A stretch of DNA of 64,000 nt from Melioribacter sp. (lineage in GTDB: Bacteria; Bacteroidota; Ignavibacteria; Ignavibacteriales; Melioribacteraceae): NCBI GenBank assembly GCA_026417975.1, contig JAOACD010000007.1, forward strand, positions 4,994-68,993, read 5' to 3'. Below the pieces are notes generated by a model. That model had not been told where the DNA came from. It saw nothing but the letters and a program-made list of their open reading frames with translations, and ran no database searches. Position numbers and translations under genes: made by a program. Numbering within the stretch: the first letter of the stretch is position 1; each line of letters begins with the position of its first letter. Below, piece by piece: positions 21,236-32,430 of this stretch.

Positions 21236-22192
21236 ATGAGCATCCTTCTTGATAAAAAAACCAAGGTATTAGTTCAAGGAATTACTGGTAGTGAAGGTTC
21301 ATTTCACACCAGGCAAATGCTTGAATATGGGACAAAAGTTGTTGCCGGCGTTACACCAGGAAAAGGTGGACAAAAATTTGAAGACACTGACATACCAATA
21401 TTTAATACTGTCCTCGAAGCTGTTAAAGCTACAGGGGCAAATGCCTCTGCTATTTTTGTTCCACCTGCTTTCGCTGCTGATGCTATTCTCGAAGCAGCAA
21501 ACTCTGGCATAAAACTAATTGTATGTATTACCGAAGGAATCCCTACTAAAGATATGATTACTGTATACAACTCGTTAAAAGGAAAAGATGTGCGATTGAT
21601 AGGCCCAAACTGTCCTGGAATAATTTCACCTGGTAAAGCAAAGATAGGTATTATGCCTGGATTCATACATAAAAAAGGGAAAGTGGGGGTTGTATCAAGA
21701 AGTGGAACTTTAACTTATGAGGCAGTAAAGCAGCTATCAGATTTAGGAATCGGTCAATCTACTTGTGTAGGAATAGGTGGTGATCCAATAGTAGGTTCTC
21801 AGTTTGTTGACATTATAAAATTATTTAATGAAGACCCAGATACCGAAGCAATAGTTATGATAGGCGAAATAGGTGGAACAGCAGAAGAAGAAGCAGCTGC
21901 ATATATTAAAAAGTATGTTAAAAAACCTGTTATTGGATTTATAGCTGGTAGAACTGCTCCTCCTGGTAGAAGAATGGGTCATGCCGGAGCTATAATAGCT
22001 GGGGGAAAAGGCACTGCGAAAGAAAAAATGGAAGCAATGAAAAAAGCAGGAATACATGTTGTTGAAAGCCCAGCTGATATTGGCATTACAACAAAAAAAG
22101 TACTCGAAAAACTAAAAGAGAAAAAAGTTAAATTAAATAAAAAAACAAAAAAGAAATCTTCTACAAAAATTAAAACAAAAAAGTTAAAATAG
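21236..22192 (+). CDS. sucD: Succinyl-CoA ligase alpha subunit with a Lys-rich C-terminal tail
   Basis: [28 protein letters not shown] phospho-His motif. Confidence 0.96.
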   Translation: MSILLDKKTKVLVQGITGSEGSFHTRQMLEYGTKVVAGVTPGKGGQKFEDTDIPIFNTVLEAVKATGANASAIFVPPAFAADAILEAANSGIKLIVCITEGIPTKDMITVYNSLKGKDVRLIGPNCPGIISPGKAKIGIMPGFIHKKGKVGVVSRSGTLTYEAVKQLSDLGIGQSTCVGIGGDPIVGSQFVDIIKLFNEDPDTEAIVMIGEIGGTAEEEAAAYIKKYVKKPVIGFIAGRTAPPGRRMGHAGAIIAGGKGTAKEKMEAMKKAGIHVVESPADIGITTKKVLEKLKEKKVKLNKKTKKKSSTKIKTKKLK

Positions 22193-22240
22193 GTTATCTA
22201 TAAATCCCAATTTCAGTTAATTAAATAAGGAGAATTAAAA

Positions 22241-22678
22241 TTGAGCAACAAAACTTTAGCTATATTAAAGCCTGATTGCATAAGAAAAAATTTAATTGGT
22301 AAAGTAATATCTCATATTCAAGAAGCTGGATTCAAGATTCTTGCAATGAAGATGGTTAAATTAACTCCAGATGCTGCCAAAGGATTTTATGAAGTTCATA
22401 AAGATAGACCTTTTTTTAATGATTTAATAACATACATGACTTCAGGTCCATGCGTACCTATTGTCCTCGAAAAAGATAATGCAGTAGAAGAATTTAGGAA
22501 ACTTATTGGAGCAACAGATCCTGCAAAAGCAGAAGAAGGTACTATTAGAAAATTATATGCAGATAATATTCAAGAAAATATTATACATGGGTCAGATTCA
22601 AATGAAAATGCTATTAAAGAAATTGCCTACTTCTTTTCACGAAAAGAACTTATAGAAATTAATGGCTGGAATAATTAA
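22241..22678 (+). CDS. ndk: Nucleoside diphosphate kinase
   Basis: [17 protein letters not shown]. Confidence 0.96.
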   Translation: MSNKTLAILKPDCIRKNLIGKVISHIQEAGFKILAMKMVKLTPDAAKGFYEVHKDRPFFNDLITYMTSGPCVPIVLEKDNAVEEFRKLIGATDPAKAEEGTIRKLYADNIQENIIHGSDSNENAIKEIAYFFSRKELIEINGWNN

Positions 22679-22687
22679 AAAATAAAA

Positions 22688-23722
22688 GTGAATAAAATGA
22701 AAACAAAAAATATTTTATTTATAGTTCTTACTATAACTTTAATTTTATCATGCGGTAAAAAAGAAGAAAAAGTTATAACTAATAAAGAACTCTCTAAACT
22801 AGAAAGTATTAATCTTAAGGGCGAAAAAGTATTACTTAGATACAAATTTGAAAAAGGAGATAAGTTTAAGTATAAACTTACTACCATAACTACATCACAA
22901 GAAAGTGTTCAGGCGGATTCTTTAATGCAATCAAAATCTAACCAAACAACAACGTACATCTTCGATATAGAAGTAGTTGATGTTGATGAAAATAAAACTG
23001 CAGAATTAGATATTACCATATCTTCTCTACAACTAAATGCTAATATTAATGGTCAAAAAATCAATTTTGATTCAAATAAAAAATTAACTGAAGAAGACAA
23101 GCAAAAATTTGCAGAATATGTTACAATTCATAATACACCTTTTAGAGCAAGAGTGAATGAAACAGGAGAAGTAATAGAAGTCTTTAGACTCGATAAAATG
23201 ATTGATAAAATAAATTCTCTTCAACAACAAAAACAAAATCTTAGTGCAGAGCAAAAATCACAACTTGCTAAAAACTTAGGAGATATGTTCATTAGACCAA
23301 TAACTCAATTAATATTTAGAGAACTTCCTCATAAATCATTAGCAAAAGATTCTACTTGGCAAAAAAATTATCCAGGGCAGTTAAGTGTATTTAAAGTTGA
23401 TAATATTATTACTTATAAAGTAGAAGATTTTGTAAAAGTAAATGATAACAAAGCCGCAAAACTTAGTGCAAATCTATCATGTACTTGGACAGGCAATAAA
23501 AAAGGTGAAGATAACGGAATAAAATACAGCTTTAGTGATCCTAAAATTTCTGGGTCAGGGAATATTTTATTTAATATAGATAAGGGTTTATTAATTCGTG
23601 CAGAAACTGTCACAAGTGTAGAATTAACTGCTAATATAGAATTAAAAGACGAAAAAAATAAGTTAAGAAAGGCAGTAAGAAAAGATTTTACTTCAAACAA
23701 AAATATAATTGAATTGCTATAA
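22688..23722 (+). CDS. Lipoprotein of unknown function (DUF6263-like)
   Basis: LILSC lipobox; LRYKFEKGDKFKY start of a beta-rich domain. Confidence 0.7.
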   Translation: MNKMKTKNILFIVLTITLILSCGKKEEKVITNKELSKLESINLKGEKVLLRYKFEKGDKFKYKLTTITTSQESVQADSLMQSKSNQTTTYIFDIEVVDVDENKTAELDITISSLQLNANINGQKINFDSNKKLTEEDKQKFAEYVTIHNTPFRARVNETGEVIEVFRLDKMIDKINSLQQQKQNLSAEQKSQLAKNLGDMFIRPITQLIFRELPHKSLAKDSTWQKNYPGQLSVFKVDNIITYKVEDFVKVNDNKAAKLSANLSCTWTGNKKGEDNGIKYSFSDPKISGSGNILFNIDKGLLIRAETVTSVELTANIELKDEKNKLRKAVRKDFTSNKNIIELL

Positions 23723-23757
23723 AAAAATTAATTCATAATTAAATTTTTGAATAGTTT

Positions 23758-25074
23758 TTATTTCTTTGCTACAACTATTTTAGAACCTTCTGTAAATTTT
23801 ACAATAATTTCTGTGTTGCGTTCTATAAATTCTCCTTCTGTTATAACGTCTATCCGATTTCCTTCTATTAAAGCTGTTCCAGAAGGACGTAAATCTGTTA
23901 TAGCAATTCCCTGCTTACCAATTAAACTAGAAAATTTTTCTTCTGCAGTATAGCCAGATTTCGCTTTTACTTTTTCTTGCAATATTAATTTATTCAACAC
24001 ATTTGTTTTAGGTAAAAATTTTATTAAAAACATTGCTATTACAACAGTTCCTAAAAGTGACAATCCTAATTGAATAATTGCCATTGAAACCAAATTCCAA
24101 TCCATTATAGGAAAATCTGAAATTAAGCCTAAAAACAATCCAGCAATAATTAATATAATTCCAGCAATACCAAAAATGCCAAAACCCGGAATAACAAAAA
24201 TTTCAATCAGTAACAATATTACTCCTAACACAAAAATAATAATTTCAATTACAGATGCTAGTTCTAAAATATAACCCGAGCCAAAGAATAAAGCCAAACA
24301 AATTAACCCAACCGTGCCAGGCAATCCCCAGCCTGGGGTTTTAATTTCTGTATAAAGTCCAATTAAACCAAGCATAATAAGTATAGATGAAACTATTGGA
24401 TTACTCAAGAATCTTACGAAATCTTCCGCCCAATTTGTTTTAGTGAAAATTACTTCAGCATTCTGATAACTAAAAACTTTTTTTAATTCTTCAAAAGAGT
24501 TAACGATTGCATCTGCCATTTTATATTTAAGTGCTTCTTCAGAGGTTAAAGTAATAAGTTTTGTACTATCATCTTGCAAATCAGTTACAATAATTCTTTC
24601 ATCTACCATTCCTTGAGCAATATCTGTTCTTCTTCCATTTTTCTCAGCAGTAGCTCTCATTTCTGAACGCATATATGATTGGTATTTTTCAGATAATTTT
24701 TGTCCAGTCGCATCAACAACCGTAGATGCTCCAAATGAAGCTCCGGGTACCATTACAATTTTTTGGCATGAGAGGGCTATTAAAGCTCCAGCAGAGATTG
24801 CTCTTTTATCAATAAATGCAATAGTTTTCACTTTACTATTAAGAATTGCATCCTTAATTTGAGTTGCAGCATCAACTCTACCCCCAAACGTGTTAATACG
24901 AAATATTACAGCATTAGCAGAATTTTTTTCTGCCTCTGAAATCACTCTTTTAACATATGGAGCAATACCTAAGTCAATATCACCTTCTATACTGGCGTAA
25001 TAAATCCTTTGAGCTAAAATATTGTTAAAAGCAAAAAATATAAGAAATATGAAAAATGCCTTAACCAATATCAA
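23758..25074 (-). CDS. nfeD: NfeD family membrane serine protease (long form, YqeZ-like)
   Basis: INTFGG, AISAGALI ClpP-like domain, TM domain with PGFG, C-terminal OB domain TDLRPSG. Confidence 0.88.
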   Translation of the reverse strand: MILVKAFFIFLIFFAFNNILAQRIYYASIEGDIDLGIAPYVKRVISEAEKNSANAVIFRINTFGGRVDAATQIKDAILNSKVKTIAFIDKRAISAGALIALSCQKIVMVPGASFGASTVVDATGQKLSEKYQSYMRSEMRATAEKNGRRTDIAQGMVDERIIVTDLQDDSTKLITLTSEEALKYKMADAIVNSFEELKKVFSYQNAEVIFTKTNWAEDFVRFLSNPIVSSILIMLGLIGLYTEIKTPGWGLPGTVGLICLALFFGSGYILELASVIEIIIFVLGVILLLIEIFVIPGFGIFGIAGIILIIAGLFLGLISDFPIMDWNLVSMAIIQLGLSLLGTVVIAMFLIKFLPKTNVLNKLILQEKVKAKSGYTAEEKFSSLIGKQGIAITDLRPSGTALIEGNRIDVITEGEFIERNTEIIVKFTEGSKIVVAKK

Positions 25075-25378
25075 AACCTACATTTACTTGGAAAATATTT
25101 AATCAAATTTCATAAATATTTTATATATATCAATACTTTTTTATTTGCTAAAATGTTGTTTTTAATACTTTTTCCTTAATTAAAATAACCAATCAACAAG
25201 GTGCTATTATATTCATTAAGTATATTTTAGCGCAAATTCTAAATTTATTATCAACATGATGATAAGCAAACGATACAATTATGAAATGAATTCTTATTTC
25301 CAATTAAAAATTGTTAACAAAAATTTGTTATGAACAGTTACTAAGTTCTCGAAATAATTTGTTTTAGATATAAATTTT

Positions 25379-26269
25379 TTATCTATCGACAAAAGCATAA
25401 TTTAAAATTTTATAAACAAGTTTTGCCGCTATAAAATTTGATGCAGGATGAAATTTAGATGGAGCTAATTCTACAACATCAAAGCCTACAATATTTTTTT
25501 CTTTACCCACTATTTTAAGAAGGTCCATAGTTTCATCCCAAAATAAGCCACCTGGCTCTGGGGTTCCAGTAGCAGGCAAAAATGATGGATCAAAACCATC
25601 AACATCAAAAGTTATATAAACATTTTCGGTTAAATTATTTACAACTAATTGTTGCCAATTATCACCATACATGCCCATTTTAATTTCTCGGGAATAAAAA
25701 GTTTTTATCCCTTTTTTTCTTTTTAACTCAACTTCATCAATACATTGTGCTCTAATTCCAACTTGAACAATATTTGTATTAAATTCTGCTACTCTTGCCA
25801 TTACACATGCGTGAGAATATTTTGATCCTTCGTAACTATCTCTTAAATCAGAATGAGCATCAATTTGTAGAATTGATAAATTTGGGAATCTTTCATGAAA
25901 AGCCATAATTGTAGCAAAAGAAATTGAATGTTCGCCTCCAAGAGTAACTACAAATTTCCCTTCATTAATATGTTTTGCTACTTCTTTATGAATTTTCTGA
26001 AGTGATTTTTCAATTGTAAGGTTTTTAAAATTAATTGGTTGAAGAGTACAAATACCTTTTTCGAAACATAGTTCTCTTTTTATTTCTTCATCATAAAATT
26101 CTACATAGTGAGAAGCCTTTAGGATTTCTTGAGGACCCTTTGCCGTCCCTTTTCCATAACTTACAGTTTTCTCAAATGGAGCTGATATAATTACAATTTG
26201 TGAATTTTTATAATTAGAATATTTTTTTTCTATTGCAAGAAAATTTTGCTTAATGCCTAACTCTTTCAT
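25379..26269 (-). CDS. speB: Agmatinase (ureohydrolase)
   Basis: GGEHS, DAHSD, DVDGFDP, TGTPEPGG, DVVEL. Confidence 0.92.
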   Translation of the reverse strand: MKELGIKQNFLAIEKKYSNYKNSQIVIISAPFEKTVSYGKGTAKGPQEILKASHYVEFYDEEIKRELCFEKGICTLQPINFKNLTIEKSLQKIHKEVAKHINEGKFVVTLGGEHSISFATIMAFHERFPNLSILQIDAHSDLRDSYEGSKYSHACVMARVAEFNTNIVQVGIRAQCIDEVELKRKKGIKTFYSREIKMGMYGDNWQQLVVNNLTENVYITFDVDGFDPSFLPATGTPEPGGLFWDETMDLLKIVGKEKNIVGFDVVELAPSKFHPASNFIAAKLVYKILNYAFVDR

Positions 26270-26294
26270 AATAATTCCTTTTTTATATATAGAA

Positions 26295-26340
26295 ATGACT
26301 GTCTAAGTTGAGATAATTAAATTCTCAATTAGACAGTCAT
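26295..26340 (-). terminator. Long hairpin between yajC and speB (terminator or processing stem)
   Basis: ATGACTGTCTAA-G-TTGAGA...TCTCAA-TTAGACAGTCAT inverted repeat; weak U tract. Confidence 0.55.
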
Positions 26341-26351
26341 TAGAGTAGTAA

Positions 26352-26663
26352 TTAATCTTTTAATATTGTAACAATTGCAGAGCGGTCAAACTTCATCTTT
26401 ACATTATTTCCAACATCTATTAAGACTGTTTTTTCATCAAGTCCAGCAACAGTTCCATAAAGACCGCTACTTAAAATAACTTTATCGCCTTTTTGGACAG
26501 AAGCCAAAAGTTTTTCTCTCTCTTTAGCGCGTTTTTGCTGGGGTCTTATTATCATAAAATAAAAGATAAAAAATATTGCAGCAAACATTATAAGTGTACT
26601 AATCAAACTACCAGCTCCCCCTTGTGCATTTGGAGGCGGAGCCATTGCTAATAATAGATTCAT
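26352..26663 (-). CDS. yajC: Preprotein translocase subunit YajC
   Basis: FYFMIIRPQQKR, KGDKV; follows tgt. Confidence 0.95.
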   Translation of the reverse strand: MNLLLAMAPPPNAQGGAGSLISTLIMFAAIFFIFYFMIIRPQQKRAKEREKLLASVQKGDKVILSSGLYGTVAGLDEKTVLIDVGNNVKMKFDRSAIVTILKD

Positions 26664-26666
26664 TTC

Positions 26667-27815
<1,149 letters not shown>

Positions 27816-27891
27816 TCAATTAGATGAAATTTAGATTTTGGATTTTTGAAAAAGTTTTATTATTAAAAAAATTATTCAGTAAATCAACAAC

Positions 27892-29124
27892 CTATTCTCG
27901 TGTCTCAAGCTCAACAGTAATCTTTAAGAGGTCAATTTTCGTTTTACTAGATTTAAGAATTAAGATAGTAAAATGGTCAATTTTAAATGACTCACCTTTA
28001 ATAGGTATTCTTCCAAGCTTAGATGTAATATAGCCACCTATTGTTTCATAATCTCCTTTTTCTATACCAAACGAATATTCCTCATTTAAATAGTCTATTT
28101 CTACTTTACCACTTAATATAAAAGTGTTATTATTTATTTTCTTTACTATTTTTTCTTCGACATCATATTCATCACTTATTTCCCCAAATAATTCTTCTAT
28201 CAAATCTTCTACTGTAACAATGCCTGCAGTACCACCAAACTCATCAACAACTATTGCAATTGAAAAATGCTTATCAAGAAACTCATTCAACATATCAAGA
28301 CTTTTCTTTGTCTCTGGGACAAAAACTACGTCACGTATAACCGATTTTAAATCTTGTGGCATTTTGAAAAAATCTTTTATTAAAACCATTCCTTTAATAT
28401 TGTCAAGATTTTCCTCGTATACAATAAGTTTTGAATAACCCGATTCAATAAACTTATCAAGTACTTCATCTATGCTACTATTAATATCTACCCCTACTAT
28501 ATCAGTTCTTGGAGTCATTACTTCATAAACTTTTTGCTCTTTTATTTCTATTATTTTGGTTATTATATCAGATTGTTCTTCGTCAATTTTCTTTGCTTGT
28601 GTCCCTTCTTCTATTAAATCTTGAATATCCTCTCTATCTATTTCATTAACTATACTTATCTCTTCAGCACTGCTTATTTTGTTTATAACTCCTGATATTT
28701 TACTTGTTAGCTTCGTTAGCGGATAAATTAAGAAGAAAATTATTCTAATAGGGATAGAAGAAATTAAAACAAGTACATCTGCAAGCTCTGTACCGACATA
28801 TTTTGGTATAAGTTCGCCAAATAAAAGCAAAATAGCTGTAGATATCAAAAGAATTTGAAATTCTTCCATTCCAAAGTATGTAAGAAGTACAAAAGAAGAT
28901 ATAGAAGCAAAGGCAATGTTAACAATATTATTTGATATTAAAATTGTAGAGAAAAAAGAATCAGAATTTTTAACAAAATAATAAGCATTTTTTGCATAGA
29001 TGTTGCCTTTTCTAGCTCTGAGTTCAATTTTAATTTTGTTTGATACTATATAAGCAATTTCTGATGCCGAAAAGAATGCACTTAAAGAAAGTAGTATTAT
29101 CAATGTAATTATATCACTAATCAT
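27892..29124 (-). CDS. CNNM/CBS/CorC-HlyC family membrane protein
   Basis: SAFFSASE, FGELIPK, MTPR, VVDEFGGTAG, EDLIEELFGEI. Confidence 0.9.
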   Translation of the reverse strand: MISDIITLIILLSLSAFFSASEIAYIVSNKIKIELRARKGNIYAKNAYYFVKNSDSFFSTILISNNIVNIAFASISSFVLLTYFGMEEFQILLISTAILLLFGELIPKYVGTELADVLVLISSIPIRIIFFLIYPLTKLTSKISGVINKISSAEEISIVNEIDREDIQDLIEEGTQAKKIDEEQSDIITKIIEIKEQKVYEVMTPRTDIVGVDINSSIDEVLDKFIESGYSKLIVYEENLDNIKGMVLIKDFFKMPQDLKSVIRDVVFVPETKKSLDMLNEFLDKHFSIAIVVDEFGGTAGIVTVEDLIEELFGEISDEYDVEEKIVKKINNNTFILSGKVEIDYLNEEYSFGIEKGDYETIGGYITSKLGRIPIKGESFKIDHFTILILKSSKTKIDLLKITVELETRE

Positions 29125-29126
29125 AA

Positions 29127-29990
29127 TTAAAAATAAATTATTAATAATGTAGTAAAAATATAGAGTAAAGAATTAATAAGCATGGGTTTATCTGTTAATA
29201 TAAGTTCAGCGATATTTTCCCCTTTGTTTTCTTTAAATACAAGATACATATAACGCAAAATTCCATATACAACAAAGATCGTTGTATAAAGTAATTTTTC
29301 TGTACCAAATTCCAAAACAGTTCTTGCAGATACTGTATAAAGTGCGTATGAAATAATTACTGCAGTAGCAGAAACAGAAACAATTTGATCAATGTATGCC
29401 AAAGTATATTTTTCTAAAACCTCTCTTTGTTGGTTAAAATTTCTGTAGTTAACAAATTCAACTCTTCTTTTCATTATTGCCAAAAATAAAGAAAGAAAAA
29501 GAGTAGTAACAATAAGCCAGTTTGAAACGTAAATTGAAACTATAACTGCACCGCTAACTACTCTAAGTATAAACCCTGCTGAAATACACAACACATCAAT
29601 AATAACTATATTTTTCAAAAAAAATGAATAAAAAATATTTATCAAAATGTAAAAGAAAATTATTAATACAAACTCATTCCAAATAATTAAACTCAACAGG
29701 ATAATAAATATTAGTAACACTATTAATACAACTTTAGCTTTAGCAATACTAATTTCCCCAGAAGCTATTGGTCGATTTCTTTTTATTGGGTGAATCTTAT
29801 CTTTTTCAATATCAGTTAAATCGTTAAATACATAAACAAAGCTAGATGCAAAAGAAAAGGTTATAAAAGCAATTATTTCTTTAATTAGATAATCACTATG
29901 AAACAAATTCTTTGAAAAGACTAATGGAACAAAAATAAATATATTTTTTATCCAATCTTTAGCTCTTATAAGTCTAAAATAAAGAAGCAT
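29127..29990 (-). CDS. UbiA-family polyprenyl-phosphate phosphoribosyltransferase (DPPR synthase-like)
   Basis: WIKN, YVFNDLTD, HPIKRNRPIASG, GFILRV, KRRVE. Confidence 0.82.
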   Translation of the reverse strand: MLLYFRLIRAKDWIKNIFIFVPLVFSKNLFHSDYLIKEIIAFITFSFASSFVYVFNDLTDIEKDKIHPIKRNRPIASGEISIAKAKVVLIVLLIFIILLSLIIWNEFVLIIFFYILINIFYSFFLKNIVIIDVLCISAGFILRVVSGAVIVSIYVSNWLIVTTLFLSLFLAIMKRRVEFVNYRNFNQQREVLEKYTLAYIDQIVSVSATAVIISYALYTVSARTVLEFGTEKLLYTTIFVVYGILRYMYLVFKENKGENIAELILTDKPMLINSLLYIFTTLLIIYF

Positions 29991-30018
29991 TTTTTAAGTA
30001 TAATAGTTACAAAGTGAA

Positions 30019-31869
30019 TTATATTCTTCCAAATCTTTTATCAAACTCTTCTATTGGAATTTTTATAACAATTGGTCTACCATGTGGACAAACATAAGGC
30101 ATAGACGTAGCAAATAACTTATCTACTAAAATTCTCATCTCTCTTTCATTCAGTTTATCACCTGCTTTTATGGCAGCTTTGCAAGAAAAAGATTTAGCAA
30201 GGTTATCTTTTACGTCAAGTATTCGTCGTTGTATGTTTTTTCTATATTCATGAAGAATTTCGAGTAAAGTATCAACTTCGTGTTCAGATTTTAAGTCCGG
30301 TGGTATTCCTATTATTTCAATCACATTTTTTGCCTTGAACTTAATAATAAAGCCAAGATTAGTTAAATATGCTTCTAATTCTTTTGCTAATTGATAATCT
30401 GCTGGATCTAATTGAACAGATTGCGGAAATAATAAATGCTGTGAAAATGGAATATTTGCATCGAATGAATGAAGAGCTTGTTCGTACAAAATTCTCTCGT
30501 GAGCTGCATGTGCATCTATAATCATCAAACCACTTTTTATTTGAGAAAGTATATATTTATTATGAAGCAACACAATAAAAGGAGTTTCTGTATCTGAAGT
30601 TGGAGTTGATTCTAATTGATGTTCAATTTCAATTTGCTTTGGAAGAAATGGATGTTCAACTTCAGTAGAGGCAGTAGCTTTAATTTCTTTTTGAAGATTT
30701 CCAAAAAATTTTTCAATATCTTCTTCATTCAATATTGTAGTTTTTTTTACTGCTTCAGAGGAACTAATTTTTTCACCAAAAGGTCTATCGCTAAAATCTT
30801 CTCTCTCTATTGATTTGAAATTCTGAAAACTTAATGAAGCATATTCCTTTTCATTTTGAACAGATACATTTGGCACAAGGTCATAACTTGCTATTGTTTT
30901 CTTAATAACAGCATGGACAAAAGAATAAATTTCTCTTTCATCATCAAATTTTACTTCCAATTTCGATGGATGTACATTTACATCTACTCGCGAAGGATCA
31001 AGTGTCATAAATAATACAAAAAATGGATAATCACCTTTATCCATTATATTTTCGAACGCAGAATATACTGCATGATTAACTATTTTATTTATCACATATC
31101 TTTTATTTAAAAAGAAATACTGTTCCCCTTTACTTTTTTGTAAGTAAGTAGGTTTGGTTACAAATCCAGTAAGACTTATATAATCTGTAATTTCTTTTAC
31201 TTCCAAAACTGCATCTAAAATATTTTCAGCAAAAACATCCTTCATTCTTTGATAAATATCTGCTTTACTAAAACTAAAAATAAGTTCATCATCGTTGTAG
31301 AATTTAAAATTAATTTCTGGATGGCTTAAGGCAGTTCTTTTAAATGTATCAATTATATGTTTTAACTCTGTTGCATTACTTTTCAAAAAATTCCTTCTTG
31401 CTGGTACATTATAAAATAAATTTTTAACAGATACAGATGTACCTGGTTGAAAAGAACCTTTTTCAATTAAGAGTTGCCCGTCACTTTCAAATTTGATTAA
31501 TGTTCCTAATTCATCTTCTCTTCTTTGGGTTTTTAATTCCAATTGACTTACAGCTGCTATCGAAGCTAAAGCTTCTCCTCTAAAACCAAATGTAGTAATT
31601 GTTTCTAAATCCTCTACTGTAGAAATTTTACTTGTTGCATGTCTTTGAATACACAAAACAGCATCTTCCTGTGACATTCCAATTCCATCATCTACAACTT
31701 GTATTAAAGTTTTTCCTGCATTTTTAATTATAACATCAATATTTTTTGCTTCTGCATCAATCGAATTCTCTAGTAGCTCTTTTACAACAGATTCTGGTCT
31801 ATTTACAACCTCGCCAGCTGCAATTTTATTAGCAACATTTTCAGGCAATATTTTTATTCTATTTGCCAT
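30019..31869 (-). CDS. mutL: DNA mismatch repair endonuclease MutL
   Basis: IAAGEVV, GFRGEALAS, DAHAAHERILYE, CPHGRP. Confidence 0.97.
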   Translation of the reverse strand: MANRIKILPENVANKIAAGEVVNRPESVVKELLENSIDAEAKNIDVIIKNAGKTLIQVVDDGIGMSQEDAVLCIQRHATSKISTVEDLETITTFGFRGEALASIAAVSQLELKTQRREDELGTLIKFESDGQLLIEKGSFQPGTSVSVKNLFYNVPARRNFLKSNATELKHIIDTFKRTALSHPEINFKFYNDDELIFSFSKADIYQRMKDVFAENILDAVLEVKEITDYISLTGFVTKPTYLQKSKGEQYFFLNKRYVINKIVNHAVYSAFENIMDKGDYPFFVLFMTLDPSRVDVNVHPSKLEVKFDDEREIYSFVHAVIKKTIASYDLVPNVSVQNEKEYASLSFQNFKSIEREDFSDRPFGEKISSSEAVKKTTILNEEDIEKFFGNLQKEIKATASTEVEHPFLPKQIEIEHQLESTPTSDTETPFIVLLHNKYILSQIKSGLMIIDAHAAHERILYEQALHSFDANIPFSQHLLFPQSVQLDPADYQLAKELEAYLTNLGFIIKFKAKNVIEIIGIPPDLKSEHEVDTLLEILHEYRKNIQRRILDVKDNLAKSFSCKAAIKAGDKLNEREMRILVDKLFATSMPYVCPHGRPIVIKIPIEEFDKRFGRI

Positions 31870-32351
31870 TATTTATTTACCTTTTTTAAGTAATGATAAA
31901 AAGTAAAGTCATTAAATTCTTTAAACTGATATAATTCCCAAATATTCAAGTCAATTTTAGGGAAAAAAGCATCTCCTTCAATGTTAAACCTCATAACCGA
32001 CAATAAAATTTCGTCTGCAGTAGAAATTGTTTGATTAAAAATACTTTCGCCACCAATAATAAAAATTTTTTTATAATTTTTTTTACAATAATCAAAAGCT
32101 TCAGATAATGAAGTGAAGACCAATAATTGTGGAACTTTTTGATTATAAAATTTATTGTGTGTAATTATAATATTAATTCTATCTTTCAAAGGCTTTCCAA
32201 TTGACTCCCATGTTTTTCTTCCCATCAATACAGGAAAGCCTTTAGTTGTTTCGACAAAATGATTTAATTCTTCTTTACTATACCATGGAATTTTTCCATT
32301 ACGCCCAATAACAAAATTTTGGGATACAGCTGCTATAATTACTTTTTGCAA
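31869..32351 (-). CDS. folA: Dihydrofolate reductase
   Basis: IGRNGKIPW, MGRKTWESI, PLKDR, IIGG, GDAFFP. Confidence 0.93.
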   Translation of the reverse strand: MQKVIIAAVSQNFVIGRNGKIPWYSKEELNHFVETTKGFPVLMGRKTWESIGKPLKDRINIIITHNKFYNQKVPQLLVFTSLSEAFDYCKKNYKKIFIIGGESIFNQTISTADEILLSVMRFNIEGDAFFPKIDLNIWELYQFKEFNDFTFYHYLKKVNK

Positions 32352-32430
32352 ATTAATTTTTCTTTTACGATTTTTTTAACTCAAGGCCATTGAATAAAAA
32401 GTAAACTTTAATTCAACTACTTTATTTTAT

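Noticed and set aside
30019-31869. mutL as the glutamate mutase reactivase (MutL/GlmL)
   Set aside because: Name coincidence only; this is the DNA mismatch-repair MutL (GHKL ATPase, CPHGRP)
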